Both the position numbers and the translations under genes were made by a program. DNA of 64,000 nucleotides, from the IMG/VR virus record IMGVR_UViG_3300032007_000001; one strand, given 5' to 3'. This document shows positions 17,481 through 27,574 of this stretch, piece by piece. The number at the start of each line of letters is the position of its first letter. The stretch's first letter is position 1. A model generated the notes under the pieces. That model was given only the letters and a program-made list of their open reading frames with translations. It searched no databases and was not told the origin of the DNA. This DNA comes from a virus (Duplodnaviria > Caudoviricetes).

Positions 17481-17840
17481 TTATAAATCGTCCAATAATG
17501 GAAAAATTCTTCTTATGTGTGGATGAAATTCATATTTTTCGTTTCTTGGCTGTCTCTGTACGTCATGTATTCTTTTTTTACTTTTTTCAGATAATATTGT
17601 TTTGTTCTTTTTGACATCTTCCACAATATCATTTAACAATGGGTCAATTAAATCATTATTTTCAGCATAAGCAATTACATTTACCATCTTGCAAAAAATA
17701 TCAGAAGACAAAATAATTTTCTTATTATCCAATACAATATCGGGCTTATTTTCCAATTCTTTCTTAAATTTTTCTTCTTGTTCTGTAGCAAATTCTTCAA
17801 TTGCTTTTTCAATTTTTACTTTCAAATCCTCTTTTGTCAC
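17481..17840 (-). CDS. Hypothetical protein
   Basis: GTG start, SD AAGGAGG. Confidence 0.65.
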   Translation of the reverse strand: MTKEDLKVKIEKAIEEFATEQEEKFKKELENKPDIVLDNKKIILSSDIFCKMVNVIAYAENNDLIDPLLNDIVEDVKKNKTILSEKSKKRIHDVQRQPRNEKYEFHPHIRRIFPLLDDL

Positions 17841-17929
17841 AAAATCTTCCTCCTTAAAAAATAGAAGAGAATTCTCATCCTCTTCTATTTTAATAAAAAT
17901 ATTGTTCTTTTTAAGTCATATCAAAATAA

Positions 17930-18157
17930 TCATATGTTACATGCTTTCAATTTTTCATATACACCATCACGTTTAAGATAATCAATAATAAAATTTATTG
18001 TTGTTTGTTCTCCTTCCTGAATTTGGTTTTCGTTGAGAAACATTGCATCACCATTAGCCAAACGTTTTTTCCACTTCTCAACTTCTTTTAATCTAAAAAC
18101 AAAATTATGAAGACGTGGTTCTTGAAGTTTTCTAAACATATTGTCACAACCTTTCAT
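17930..18157 (-). CDS. Hypothetical protein
   Basis: Follows pnkp; true start may be the downstream MFRK codon (SD AAGGT). Confidence 0.55.
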   Translation of the reverse strand: MKGCDNMFRKLQEPRLHNFVFRLKEVEKWKKRLANGDAMFLNENQIQEGEQTTINFIIDYLKRDGVYEKLKACNI

Positions 18158-18162
18158 TTATT

Positions 18163-20757
18163 TCACAATCTCGGGTCAAATGATTCTGCTCGTTTTTCAT
18201 CCATAATGAATTTTGCAAACAAACGTTTCATTGCATTGTTTGATTCACTAATATCATTATAATGAATAGCAAGCATTTTCAATCCACAATGCCATTCTTT
18301 CCAAGACATATCCAATTTTTTCTTTATGGATTTGCGTTCGTATAATTTATTGCTCTTAAATGGATTTTGATAGTCATATCCATAAACAATTGATAAATAA
18401 TTTGGATTACGAACTTTCATATAAGGAACAACATGTTTTACATGTAAATCATTAGGTTTCATGACTATGCCTTCAAATTTCTTTTGTTCAGTATAATATT
18501 TGAATTTCTCAATGCAATCATTAATATCACTTTCTTTTGTCAAATCATATAAATTACATTGGTCTTCATTTAATATATTGAACATCTTTTCATTTGTCAT
18601 ATCAAAAGTCTTATCAAGATAATAACATACTTCTTTATCATCTTTCATGACAATTTTCAAAACAGCAAATGGTTTATAGTCTATTTCACCTTTTGACCCA
18701 TAAATATGAAGTTGTTCATTATATGAATCTGCTAATTCTTGTTTTTTATCTTCATCAATATGTCCATGATATTCATAAATGGTATTGAAAGAAGAATAAT
18801 TGGAATCTCCAATTTTTGCAATCAATTCTTTTTTAGACATAGAATTTTTATCTTCCAAAAAAGTAGACTCTTTCATTTTGTTTAGCAGTTCGTTATAATG
18901 TTTTTCAAAATTGGTTTCTTTTAAGAATTCATTCTCTTTTGAAACATTATCATAAACCAATTTGAAATCATTAATCAAACCTTGACCAAGAGCACTCCAG
19001 GGCATCAATTCTCCGTCTAATATAACTAACCTCACTTTATCAAAAAAGTCATTCTTGTACTGTTTGAGCCTATCTCGCATCTTTTCATAAATTGGTTCAA
19101 GATTTTCAATCTTAATCTTATAACCATTCCTTGAAACACAATAACAATCATCATTGTTTTCAAACAAGTACATATTACAACGAGAACCCATATATTTAGG
19201 CTGCATGCAGACTTTGAAAACATTGTGAGATTTGAAATACTCAATTGCAGATTCAATGCTTTCAAGCTTATCATTCATCTTATCACATGGAGACATTGTA
19301 CCAGAAATAAAATTGACTTTATCATTAAGCATATGATTAAGCCGTGCTTTTTCAGAATCTGTCATATCATCAATATTGACTTCTTCATTCACATCTTCTG
19401 ATTTTCTATAAGGCTTAATGACAAATAATTCGTCTTCTTTATTTTGATGTGAAGCAACTGATTTAATATACAGCTTTCTATCTCTTCCAACTTCTGCAGA
19501 AACGAGTCTCCCACCAATGACGCACGCTCCATCAATCAAAATCCTATTATTGATATGAATGCCAGGAGTAGAAGTTTGTACGTGACCAAAAATATGATAA
19601 ATATTTCCAATATCTCTATCAAACAAATTCATTTGTTCGTCAAATTCTTCCTGCAAAGATTCTCTCATATCTTGTTGCATGAAATATCTTTGACGAGCAC
19701 AAGACCTACTATCAATTTTTCCAAGATACATTGCATTACAAGGAGAATGCGTTGCAATGAATTTATCGTTCATTACAAAAGGCAATGTATTTTCAAATAC
19801 TTTTATAAACTTTTCTTTATACTCATCAGTAATGATATCAAATGTATTGAACCACGGTTCAGAAATATGTTCCAACCCCTGCGTCAATTCCTTGTATAAG
19901 CGATTTTCATGATTGCCAACCGTTATCTTAATTGAATCTGAATTTTGATAACAAAATTCAATCATATCAAAAATTTTTGGACCCTTATCAATATAATCAC
20001 CATTTACAATCAAAAGTTTATTATGCTTATTTTCTACGATTTTATGATTTTCTACTTTAATATCACTTTTGTCAAGCAATTCAACAAACTCATCATAACA
20101 ACCATGAACATCTGAAATAACCAATGCTTCTTGTTCATTATTAACAAAACACTCTTGCAATTTTTCATGCATAGAAAAAGACAATTCTGGAAAAGATTTC
20201 TCAAAATTGTTTTCTTTAATCTGAATGCATTGACGAACAACTTTATTTTTTTTCAAAGAAGACGCCGAAATTTCACGCATTTTTGTAACGTCTTTTTGCA
20301 TCAATCTTGAAAAAGGAACATGTAAATGATACTCTTCAAATTTTTTATAATTGAAAAGCAATGCCACTACATTATAATGATTTTTTTCAGCAATATCAAG
20401 AATTTCTTTTCTGAAATTTTCATTTGTTCCTTTTGTATCAACGATAATAAATTCTGAATTTACAGGGAAAGATGATGCTGCATCTACATGTTTATAAAGC
20501 ATTTCGAATGCCATTTTACTTACTGCCATCATACCATCATGATTACGGCCCAAATCGTTACCAAGCAAAACCCTACGAATATCGTCAGAAGAAATATAGT
20601 TAATTGAAACTTTTTCTCTATTTTTAATTGGAGAGAGTTGTTCCAATTTTGGAATCAAATGATTTTTACAAAAATAAGTCTTTCCACAACCAGAAGGACC
20701 AATCGTCAAAAATATAGTATGAGGAAGAATATCATATGTTACTCTCTCATTATTCAT
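18163..20757 (-). CDS. pnkp: Bacterial-type polynucleotide kinase-phosphatase-ligase (Pnkp)
   Basis: N-terminal P-loop GPSGCGKT; metallophosphoesterase DVHG, GDYIDKG, GNHE, FGH; ligase motifs KYMGSR, DGELMPWS, EGIVMKP, KVRN..YL.IVYG; C-terminal DPRL. Confidence 0.93.
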   Translation of the reverse strand: MNNERVTYDILPHTIFLTIGPSGCGKTYFCKNHLIPKLEQLSPIKNREKVSINYISSDDIRRVLLGNDLGRNHDGMMAVSKMAFEMLYKHVDAASSFPVNSEFIIVDTKGTNENFRKEILDIAEKNHYNVVALLFNYKKFEEYHLHVPFSRLMQKDVTKMREISASSLKKNKVVRQCIQIKENNFEKSFPELSFSMHEKLQECFVNNEQEALVISDVHGCYDEFVELLDKSDIKVENHKIVENKHNKLLIVNGDYIDKGPKIFDMIEFCYQNSDSIKITVGNHENRLYKELTQGLEHISEPWFNTFDIITDEYKEKFIKVFENTLPFVMNDKFIATHSPCNAMYLGKIDSRSCARQRYFMQQDMRESLQEEFDEQMNLFDRDIGNIYHIFGHVQTSTPGIHINNRILIDGACVIGGRLVSAEVGRDRKLYIKSVASHQNKEDELFVIKPYRKSEDVNEEVNIDDMTDSEKARLNHMLNDKVNFISGTMSPCDKMNDKLESIESAIEYFKSHNVFKVCMQPKYMGSRCNMYLFENNDDCYCVSRNGYKIKIENLEPIYEKMRDRLKQYKNDFFDKVRLVILDGELMPWSALGQGLINDFKLVYDNVSKENEFLKETNFEKHYNELLNKMKESTFLEDKNSMSKKELIAKIGDSNYSSFNTIYEYHGHIDEDKKQELADSYNEQLHIYGSKGEIDYKPFAVLKIVMKDDKEVCYYLDKTFDMTNEKMFNILNEDQCNLYDLTKESDINDCIEKFKYYTEQKKFEGIVMKPNDLHVKHVVPYMKVRNPNYLSIVYGYDYQNPFKSNKLYERKSIKKKLDMSWKEWHCGLKMLAIHYNDISESNNAMKRLFAKFIMDEKRAESFDPRL

Positions 20758-20759
20758 TT

Positions 20760-21233
20760 TTATTCTCCTTCCTGAATTTTATGCTTTTCTGCAAATGCGT
20801 CAATATATTCTTTCATTTTATTATCTATAAATATTGCGTCTTTAAAAAATTCTGTACAAATATTAACAACATTTTCAGCTTCAGCAATAAACAAATACAT
20901 AAGCGTATGCCATAAAACATCGTTTTGTTTTTGTGTTGATATTCCGTTTTGTTCTCCATACATACATATCATTGAATTTTCATCATGAGAATCAAATTTT
21001 GCAATAATATCTTTTGATTTAAAATCAACAACAATCTGTAGTTGTCCTGGAAAATCAACGACAATCATTAAATCATCAGCTAACTTAGAATCAGAAAAAG
21101 AAAATATTTTTTCTTTCATTATTTCTTTTGCTTCACTAGCAGCCATAAACAATTCTTCTGAATTATACGATTTTTGATTAAATTTATAAAAATCACTCGA
21201 ATGTTTCCCGCCATACGTAATTTCATACACCAT
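20760..21233 (-). CDS. Hypothetical protein between hen1 and pnkp
   Basis: 157 aa, overlapping or abutting both neighbours. Confidence 0.75.
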   Translation of the reverse strand: MVYEITYGGKHSSDFYKFNQKSYNSEELFMAASEAKEIMKEKIFSFSDSKLADDLMIVVDFPGQLQIVVDFKSKDIIAKFDSHDENSMICMYGEQNGISTQKQNDVLWHTLMYLFIAEAENVVNICTEFFKDAIFIDNKMKEYIDAFAEKHKIQEGE

Positions 21234-22536
21234 TTTCTGTTCTCTCCTTTATAACAACCAAGAGAGTCGTTGAAATATCATCAACTTCGTCACCAATATT
21301 TTTCAATGAATATTCAAAATTTGTATCTTTCAAAAGATTTTCAAAATAACTTTCTGTTTCTTCTTTATTCATTTCAAATTTATGGTCAGGATGACGCATT
21401 TCATCATCTTTTAAGTGATAGAATTTATTAAAGTCTTTATTTGGCGTTGTAATAAGCAATTTCTTGCAATGTTTATCTTTGAAAAATGTTTTGAATAACC
21501 TATCCATGTATTCTTTTTCATTATGTTCAAAAACTTCAGAAAGAATAACAATATAATCTCTTGTTACACCATGCAAAAAGAAGTCCTCAACACTCTTAAG
21601 GACCACTACATTTTTCAAATTATCTCTTTTAATTCTTCGTTCAACCGATTGTCTTGCTTTTTCATCAATATCAATAGCATAATATGTATTCGGATTTTTT
21701 TCAGCCAAACGAGTATACATGCCTTCGCCACAACCGACATCCACTATTGCTTTATCATGCGTTATTTGACTTGCAATTGTAGAATATCTGCAAAATTGAT
21801 TTTCAAATGGCGAAATATTCAACTTGTGATTTTTGTCTTTATTTATTTCTTCTTTGATTTGATTAAATTCTTCATTCTTACGAATTCCTAAGAATTTTAT
21901 CATATATTTAATGTAATACGGTGCCGAAATAATATTTGCTGCTTTTACCATTTTTTTGACAATATCAATTGTTTTTTCCATTTCAACCGAATCAAATTTT
22001 GCAATAAACCACACAAATAAATAAGTAAAATTAAGCAATTGATGAAATGTTTTGTTTTTTACATTAATTGTAATTGAATAATTATTGTAATATTCTTCTT
22101 CATCAACTGGTTCATGTTTCAATTTATTAAATGTTACATAAAAATCATCAAAATACTCAAGCAAACTCATCACTTTATTAAAACGTTTTACTTCCATGGA
22201 ATTGATATATAAAGTATAATCGCCTGTGTGGTCATATTGTTTTACTTTACCAAGCGCACCAGAAAAAAATGTCTTTAAGATATTTGAAACGATTACTGGA
22301 GAATTATATCTTGTATAATCCAAATATTCAAATTCTTGAGACATTTTTTTAGCAAAACTGATTTCGTCCGCATCATCAAAAAACACTACGTTATATCTAT
22401 TTTCAGATGAATAATACCCAAAGGCATAACCTTTGCGAATTGCTTTCGCAGTCATGCCAGTTAATGGATTTTTTTCAACAATAAATGAAAAATCTTTTTC
22501 ATTTGAAATGATTGAAATTGCTCCCATATATTTCAC
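21223..22536 (-). CDS. hen1: Hen1 3'-terminal RNA 2'-O-methyltransferase
   Basis: N-terminal FSFIVEKNP...EYLDYTRY ligase-activating region; SAM motif VDVGCGEG, EVFEH, ITTPN, RHPDHKFE. Confidence 0.88.
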   Translation of the reverse strand: MKYMGAISIISNEKDFSFIVEKNPLTGMTAKAIRKGYAFGYYSSENRYNVVFFDDADEISFAKKMSQEFEYLDYTRYNSPVIVSNILKTFFSGALGKVKQYDHTGDYTLYINSMEVKRFNKVMSLLEYFDDFYVTFNKLKHEPVDEEEYYNNYSITINVKNKTFHQLLNFTYLFVWFIAKFDSVEMEKTIDIVKKMVKAANIISAPYYIKYMIKFLGIRKNEEFNQIKEEINKDKNHKLNISPFENQFCRYSTIASQITHDKAIVDVGCGEGMYTRLAEKNPNTYYAIDIDEKARQSVERRIKRDNLKNVVVLKSVEDFFLHGVTRDYIVILSEVFEHNEKEYMDRLFKTFFKDKHCKKLLITTPNKDFNKFYHLKDDEMRHPDHKFEMNKEETESYFENLLKDTNFEYSLKNIGDEVDDISTTLLVVIKERTENGV

Positions 22537-23234
22537 TCACCCTTAAACTTGTTTCGAATTTTATCCCATTGTGCTTTATTTACGGCTGTATTACAATATG
22601 TTTTTCTTACCGATTCAATTGAAACGTCTTCCAACGGTTGCGATTTCTTTTTTTCTTTTTCATCTTTTTCGTGTCGTTGCAAAGAATTATTTACATTTTC
22701 ATCATACCATTTTGCAATAATCGTTTCATCACATGGCGGACAATTTTCTGGATGTCCATCATTTATACTTGGAATAATTTTTACATTCTCTTCCCAAAGG
22801 TTTTTAAGCAAATCTATAGCTTCTTGTCGTTCAAATCCAAAAGGCATTTGTATTTTCTTTATATTGTTTATATCTTCATTTGAATTAATGATTGGAGCAC
22901 CGCCAGATGTCAAAATAACTGCTGCGCCAGTTGTTGTACGAAGCAATCCCCATAAATTATCATTCATTTTACAACGTATGAATACGTAATTTGAATATGG
23001 AGATTTTTCTTTTCTTATTTTTGCTTTTCCGCCTTCTTTTTTTGATTTTACAAAAACATACTTAATCGGCACATAATATTCAGCTATAAGATTTTCAAAT
23101 TCGGTTCCCATTACAGCTTCTTTTACATTTCTTACGTATTGTTCTTCCATATTAAATGTTGTAACAATTGTATACCATTCATAATTATTTGCAAGGTTTT
23201 TCAAATTCATTAAAACTACTTTTTTCGCAGCCAA
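22533..23234 (-). CDS. NusG-family (NGN domain) transcription factor lacking a recognisable KOW
   Basis: WYTIVT..N.E, YYVP, PYSNYVFIRCKM..NLWGLLRTTTGA; C-terminus unrelated to KOW. Confidence 0.8.
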   Translation of the reverse strand: MAAKKVVLMNLKNLANNYEWYTIVTTFNMEEQYVRNVKEAVMGTEFENLIAEYYVPIKYVFVKSKKEGGKAKIRKEKSPYSNYVFIRCKMNDNLWGLLRTTTGAAVILTSGGAPIINSNEDINNIKKIQMPFGFERQEAIDLLKNLWEENVKIIPSINDGHPENCPPCDETIIAKWYDENVNNSLQRHEKDEKEKKKSQPLEDVSIESVRKTYCNTAVNKAQWDKIRNKFKGE

Positions 23235-23235
23235 T

Positions 23236-23631
23236 TTACTTTACCTCTTTCTCTTCTTTTGTTTCTCCGATTAAGACCTGATAACGTTTGAAGAGCTGGT
23301 TTACACATGCGCGAGATACATTGTATTTTCTTGCTATTGATGCAATCGTATAACCTTTGTCAAGCATTGATTTAATCATATCATATGCCAATTTTTGCGA
23401 CAATGTTGGGATATTACGAGAATTCAAAATTTTAACGGCACCAACCTCTTCAATCGCTGCATCAATCGTACCAAAATATTGACTTAGTTTATTATACTCA
23501 GTCCGATGAAGATTCCTAAATGATGTAATGTTAATAACACCATCATTATCCATACATTCACGCAACATCTTAATTACCTTACTTCGTCCTTCTTCTAACC
23601 TTTTTGTCTTGAGTTCGGTTTTCATTTTCAT
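23236..23631 (-). CDS. HTH DNA-binding protein
   Basis: GYTIASIARKYNVSRACVNQLF helix-turn-helix. Confidence 0.75.
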   Translation of the reverse strand: MKMKTELKTKRLEEGRSKVIKMLRECMDNDGVINITSFRNLHRTEYNKLSQYFGTIDAAIEEVGAVKILNSRNIPTLSQKLAYDMIKSMLDKGYTIASIARKYNVSRACVNQLFKRYQVLIGETKEEKEVK

Positions 23632-23660
23632 ATCTCCTTTTTATATATTTATTTTAGATA

Positions 23661-23694
23661 GCATAAGCCGTGAGTTTTTGCTCACGGATTATGC
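23661..23694. terminator. Hairpin / probable terminator after the vWA gene
   Basis: GCATAAGCCGTGAG-TTTTTG-CTCACGGATTATGC (one mismatch). Confidence 0.55.
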
Positions 23695-23713
23695 TAAACC
23701 TAACATATTTTTT

Positions 23714-25159
23714 TTACACCTTGATTTGGGTATGTCTACCAAACGGCGGGTCATTGCCCTTTGTAGTAAAAATCCAAAGAACAGGCGTACCTTTAGTAAT
23801 GCTTTCTGGCGGATACGGGCACTCGCCATCAGTCATAATAATAATGCCTTTTACATCATTGTACTTTTTGCGATTGGCATTAACATATTTGAATACTGCT
23901 TCAAACGATGTGCCACCGCCGCCAACAGGCATAATCTTAGAAATATCTCCATACACATCATCAAAATTGTATGTTTTCTTCTTCACATCATAATCAAAGA
24001 AGTGAAGAATACCATGCAAACGCTTTTTGAACTGATTGATAGCACCTTGGATTTCACTATAGCAAACAGTAATTTCCTCTGCAGACATCGAACCAGATGT
24101 ATCTACGAAAAAAAGCAAATCCTTTACAGATTCCTGTTTATCGTTAAAATCGGGAAGCATAATACCATCAAAATCATATCGACGGTCTGGAGGAGCAAAC
24201 GAATAATCGTTGATTTCCTCTTCAATAAAATCACGAAGCAACGCTTTCCAATTCTTTTGAGGCTTGGTAAGCTCGTTGATATGAAGTTTGAGAGAACCTG
24301 GGTCAATTCCGCGACGCTTCAAATCTTCAGCTGCCTGCATAAGATTTGAACCCCACTCCATCTGTTTTTCGTTCTTAGTGGATTGGTCGAGTTTGTCAGC
24401 CTTGTCCCACATCTTATGATTGGAAGGTGCTTTATAAGTTTTACCATTTACCTTATACGTACCGCTATCACCATTGCCATTACTGTTGCCGTTATTATTG
24501 TCCTGGTCATCGCCATTACCATTACCAGAACCATTCTGATTATTGCTCTTGTCATTTCCCGAACCATTACCATTCTTATTGTTCTTTTGATTGCTTTTTT
24601 GGTTACTGTTGGAACTTTGACCAGAACCGCCATTAATAAAAGATTTTCCTTGGCTGGAAGAATTTTGCTTCTTTGCATGTTTTTCCAAATATGCATATAC
24701 TTCTTCAGCAGACATATTGGCAAAAGTCTCGTCAAAAAGAACTTCTTTAGGCATTTCCACTTTTTCGTTTTCACGAATTTCGCGTTTATTTGCATTGCGT
24801 TGATATGCACTAATAACTTCGTGAATAGCATTATTCACAACAAAATCGCATGCCATATTCCAAAGTTCTGGTTGGCGATGATTACGACGCCACATATGAG
24901 CCAATGCGACATGAAGAATTTCATGAATAACAACAAAATTAAGCTGAGGAACTGTATGATTTTCCACAAACTTTTCGTGATAAATAATTTCCTCACCATC
25001 AGTAGCCATTGTCGGCATACCCATAGCTTCAAGTTCCTCATTACCAAGCCTTACGTTAAGATGAACAAGCAAACTAGAGAAAAAACCAAAATTCAAAATA
25101 ATATTGGTACGAGAAATGGACATTTTCTCTTTTGCACTAATCTTCTTAGCAGTTGCCAT
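23714..25159 (-). CDS. DUF2201-type metallopeptidase-like + vWA domain protein
   Basis: TMATDG, HEILH (HExxH), WNMACD, N/G-rich linker, MIDAS VDTSGSM, GGGGT, MTDG. Confidence 0.88.
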   Translation of the reverse strand: MATAKKISAKEKMSISRTNIILNFGFFSSLLVHLNVRLGNEELEAMGMPTMATDGEEIIYHEKFVENHTVPQLNFVVIHEILHVALAHMWRRNHRQPELWNMACDFVVNNAIHEVISAYQRNANKREIRENEKVEMPKEVLFDETFANMSAEEVYAYLEKHAKKQNSSSQGKSFINGGSGQSSNSNQKSNQKNNKNGNGSGNDKSNNQNGSGNGNGDDQDNNNGNSNGNGDSGTYKVNGKTYKAPSNHKMWDKADKLDQSTKNEKQMEWGSNLMQAAEDLKRRGIDPGSLKLHINELTKPQKNWKALLRDFIEEEINDYSFAPPDRRYDFDGIMLPDFNDKQESVKDLLFFVDTSGSMSAEEITVCYSEIQGAINQFKKRLHGILHFFDYDVKKKTYNFDDVYGDISKIMPVGGGGTSFEAVFKYVNANRKKYNDVKGIIIMTDGECPYPPESITKGTPVLWIFTTKGNDPPFGRHTQIKV

Positions 25160-25184
25160 GACACTACCTCCTTTATTTATCCAT

Positions 25185-25220
25185 ATTATACCATAATTAT
25201 GACTATTTGTAAATAGTTTT
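25185..25220 (-). promoter_or_regulatory. Early promoter for the vWA gene
   Basis: Minus strand AAAACTA-TTTACA-17 nt-(TGG)TATAAT. Confidence 0.8.
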
Positions 25221-25246
25221 TTTCACTTTTCATACACATCTTATTA

Positions 25247-25272
25247 AAAAAGAGGGGCAATATTTGCCCCTC
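25247..25272 (-). terminator. Terminator after the AAA ATPase
   Basis: Minus strand GAGGGGCAA-ATA-TTGCCCCTC-TTTTTT. Confidence 0.75.
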
Positions 25273-25285
25273 AATTTTCTTTGAG

Positions 25286-26506
25286 TTAAATAATGTCTGC
25301 AACTGCCTTGGTGGCAGCTTCAAAAGTCTTAGCCATGCGAATGAAGTTTTTGAAGTCCGGAGTAACACCAGAGTAAATATCAGACATAACCCATGCCTTG
25401 AATTCAGTATTCGGCAAGGAAGAAATGTAAGTACCAACATTCTTTAGGTTATTCATAATCTGAATCTGTGTTGCCTTGGACTTAATATCCTTCACACTCT
25501 GGCTATACTCAGTGACACGAGATGCAATCATTGCACTAAGAGCATGGAGAATATCAAGGCGGTCAGCAAAGGACGGGTCTACTGTCTTTACCTTACCGCT
25601 GACAATATCAGCATAATTCGGCAGGTAGCGATACACCTTAAGATATGTACGGAACTTGAGAGCAATGCCCATGCCAACGCTACCAGCAACACACTTGAAA
25701 AGCGAATTGAGTTTTGCATGAGCAGGAGAATCGTTGACATGCTGCTTTTCGGCTGCATTGACATCTGTAAGCAACTGAGAAAGATTGAATGACTTGCAAT
25801 AACTATCAACCATCTCCCAAGACCGCGGCGTCGCAAAAGCAACGTCATCATTGTCTGAATTGAATTCATTGAGGTCGTCGGGCTGGCTATCAAGGTAACC
25901 AATGATGAGAGGCTCAATACCCTTCTTATATGCCCAAATCTTCCAATCCTCGATATTGCTGATAACTTCATAGTGCGTCATGCGGTTTGCCAAAGGCTTC
26001 GGCATGGTATAAGCCACTGCTTTATCCGTAACACGGTTACCAGCACAAACCACGAAGCAGTTATTGGGAAGCTGGAATTCACCAATACGTTTATCCAAAG
26101 CAATCTGATAAGCTGCAGCCTGGACAGACGGAGGAGCCGCAGAAATCTCATCCAAAAATAGGATATGGATTTTCTTATCGCTCGGGTCCATCTGAAAAAT
26201 CTCAGGCTGGAGCCAACGAGTAACTTCGTTGTCATTGTCATCCTTAGCCTTGGACGGAATACCACGCAAATCGATAGGATTCATCAAAAGCAAAGAAACA
26301 AGATGAACCTCAACCTTCTTACCAGTGGTTTCCTCAAGGACACCGGCCAACTGCTTAATGGCCTGAGACTTACCAACACCAGGCTGTCCCCACAGCATCT
26401 TGGTCGGCTGACGGGAAAAATCTCCCTTGTAAAGTTCGGTGAAAAGATTAATCATTTCACCTGGAGTAACCGTAAAATAGTTTTTGTTCTCTTCGCGCTT
26501 AGCCAT
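25286..26506 (-). CDS. MoxR-like AAA+ ATPase (partner of the vWA protein)
   Basis: Walker A GQPGVGKS, DLRGIP, Walker B ILFLDEI, CAGNR, LANR, TPRSW. Confidence 0.9.
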   Translation of the reverse strand: MAKREENKNYFTVTPGEMINLFTELYKGDFSRQPTKMLWGQPGVGKSQAIKQLAGVLEETTGKKVEVHLVSLLLMNPIDLRGIPSKAKDDNDNEVTRWLQPEIFQMDPSDKKIHILFLDEISAAPPSVQAAAYQIALDKRIGEFQLPNNCFVVCAGNRVTDKAVAYTMPKPLANRMTHYEVISNIEDWKIWAYKKGIEPLIIGYLDSQPDDLNEFNSDNDDVAFATPRSWEMVDSYCKSFNLSQLLTDVNAAEKQHVNDSPAHAKLNSLFKCVAGSVGMGIALKFRTYLKVYRYLPNYADIVSGKVKTVDPSFADRLDILHALSAMIASRVTEYSQSVKDIKSKATQIQIMNNLKNVGTYISSLPNTEFKAWVMSDIYSGVTPDFKNFIRMAKTFEAATKAVADII

Positions 26507-26557
26507 ACTTAGTACACCTTTCCTCTCTTTGATTGTTTTGTTTTATCTTATAGCCGT

Positions 26558-26593
26558 ATTATAACATAAATTGTTTTGTTTGTAAATAGTTTT
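26558..26593 (-). promoter_or_regulatory. Early promoter for the AAA ATPase
   Basis: Minus strand AAAACTA-TTTACA-17 nt-(TGT)TATAAT. Confidence 0.8.
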
Positions 26594-26604
26594 TTTCAAA
26601 AAAT

Positions 26605-26973
26605 TTAGCAACATTCTTTTTCATACAATTTTTGTGCTTTAATTAATTTGGATAGATTTATTTCAGCCAATGTAAGTTCATATGACGCAGAATCATTATC
26701 TTCCATACCAGAGTATTCAAAATTTTCTTGTGCTAATTTATAGCGCATTTTTGCTTCTTGCAATTCTTCATTTGTAACTTTCTTTGGAGTAACGTGTTCT
26801 ATTGCGTCTCTAACATACTGTTTGGTATGACTTAAAGAATCTCTAAAATTTCTTCCCTCATCACCAATTCCAATATCTTTTGAATTTCTTAAAAAATTAA
26901 GCATCCCCATCATTCCCTTTCTCTTAAATTTTACAATATGATTATATAAAAAACAAAATAGTTTTGTAAACAT
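26605..26973 (-). CDS. DUF2508/YaaL-like small protein (true start probably near MGMLNF)
   Basis: EELQEAKMRYKLAQENFEY...DSASYELTLAE..LSKLIK resembles the Bacillota YaaL pattern. Confidence 0.55.
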   Translation of the reverse strand: MFTKLFCFLYNHIVKFKRKGMMGMLNFLRNSKDIGIGDEGRNFRDSLSHTKQYVRDAIEHVTPKKVTNEELQEAKMRYKLAQENFEYSGMEDNDSASYELTLAEINLSKLIKAQKLYEKECC

Positions 26974-27101
26974 TTAATAACAAAAATTCAAAGCTTTTTG
27001 TTATGCAATTCAAAAACACACATTTTGTATTACATATTCTTTTTAAGAAGATACATAAATTAAATATAATATTGATAGAAACAAGAAATGGAGTGAAAAA
27101 A

Positions 27102-27500
27102 ATGATTGAATACATTGTTGATGAAGATAATAAAATAATCAAATGCAGAATGTATGGAGATGAATTTAAGTATTTTCTTATCAAAAAAATAAAGAAAATG
27201 AAAAAAGGATTAAAAAATGATATCATCAATATTGATGAATCAAAATACGAACTTCCTGGTATATATTTTGGAACATCCAAATATCACAAAGAAGAAGAAA
27301 AAGAATTTGATATAGAATATGGAAAGAAAATAGCAAGAAAAAAAGCATACAAAAAATTCTATAAGAATATTATTTCAAAATTAAAGAATATGAGAAGCAA
27401 CATAAATAAATTCAATGAAAATTTATTGCTCATGTATTTCTATTATGAACATATTCATGAAGATATTGAAGAAATGTTAGATAAAACATTAAAAGATTAA
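27102..27500 (+). CDS. Conserved phage hypothetical protein
   Basis: Start reset to ATG 27102 (SD GGAG); GTSKYH..EFDIEYGKKIARKKA motif. Confidence 0.7.
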   Translation: MIEYIVDEDNKIIKCRMYGDEFKYFLIKKIKKMKKGLKNDIINIDESKYELPGIYFGTSKYHKEEEKEFDIEYGKKIARKKAYKKFYKNIISKLKNMRSNINKFNENLLLMYFYYEHIHEDIEEMLDKTLKD

Positions 27501-27574
27501 GTATTTTATAAAAGTGAGGATAAACACCTCATTTTTCTTCTTGAGCGATAAATTTTACCGCAGGAGATGAATGC

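Noticed and set aside
23528-25216. Long plus-strand ORFs (273 and 277 aa) and other antisense ORFs such as 38114..38845 and 9254..9862
   Set aside because: Shadows of well-supported genes on the opposite strand, with no motifs or SD sites
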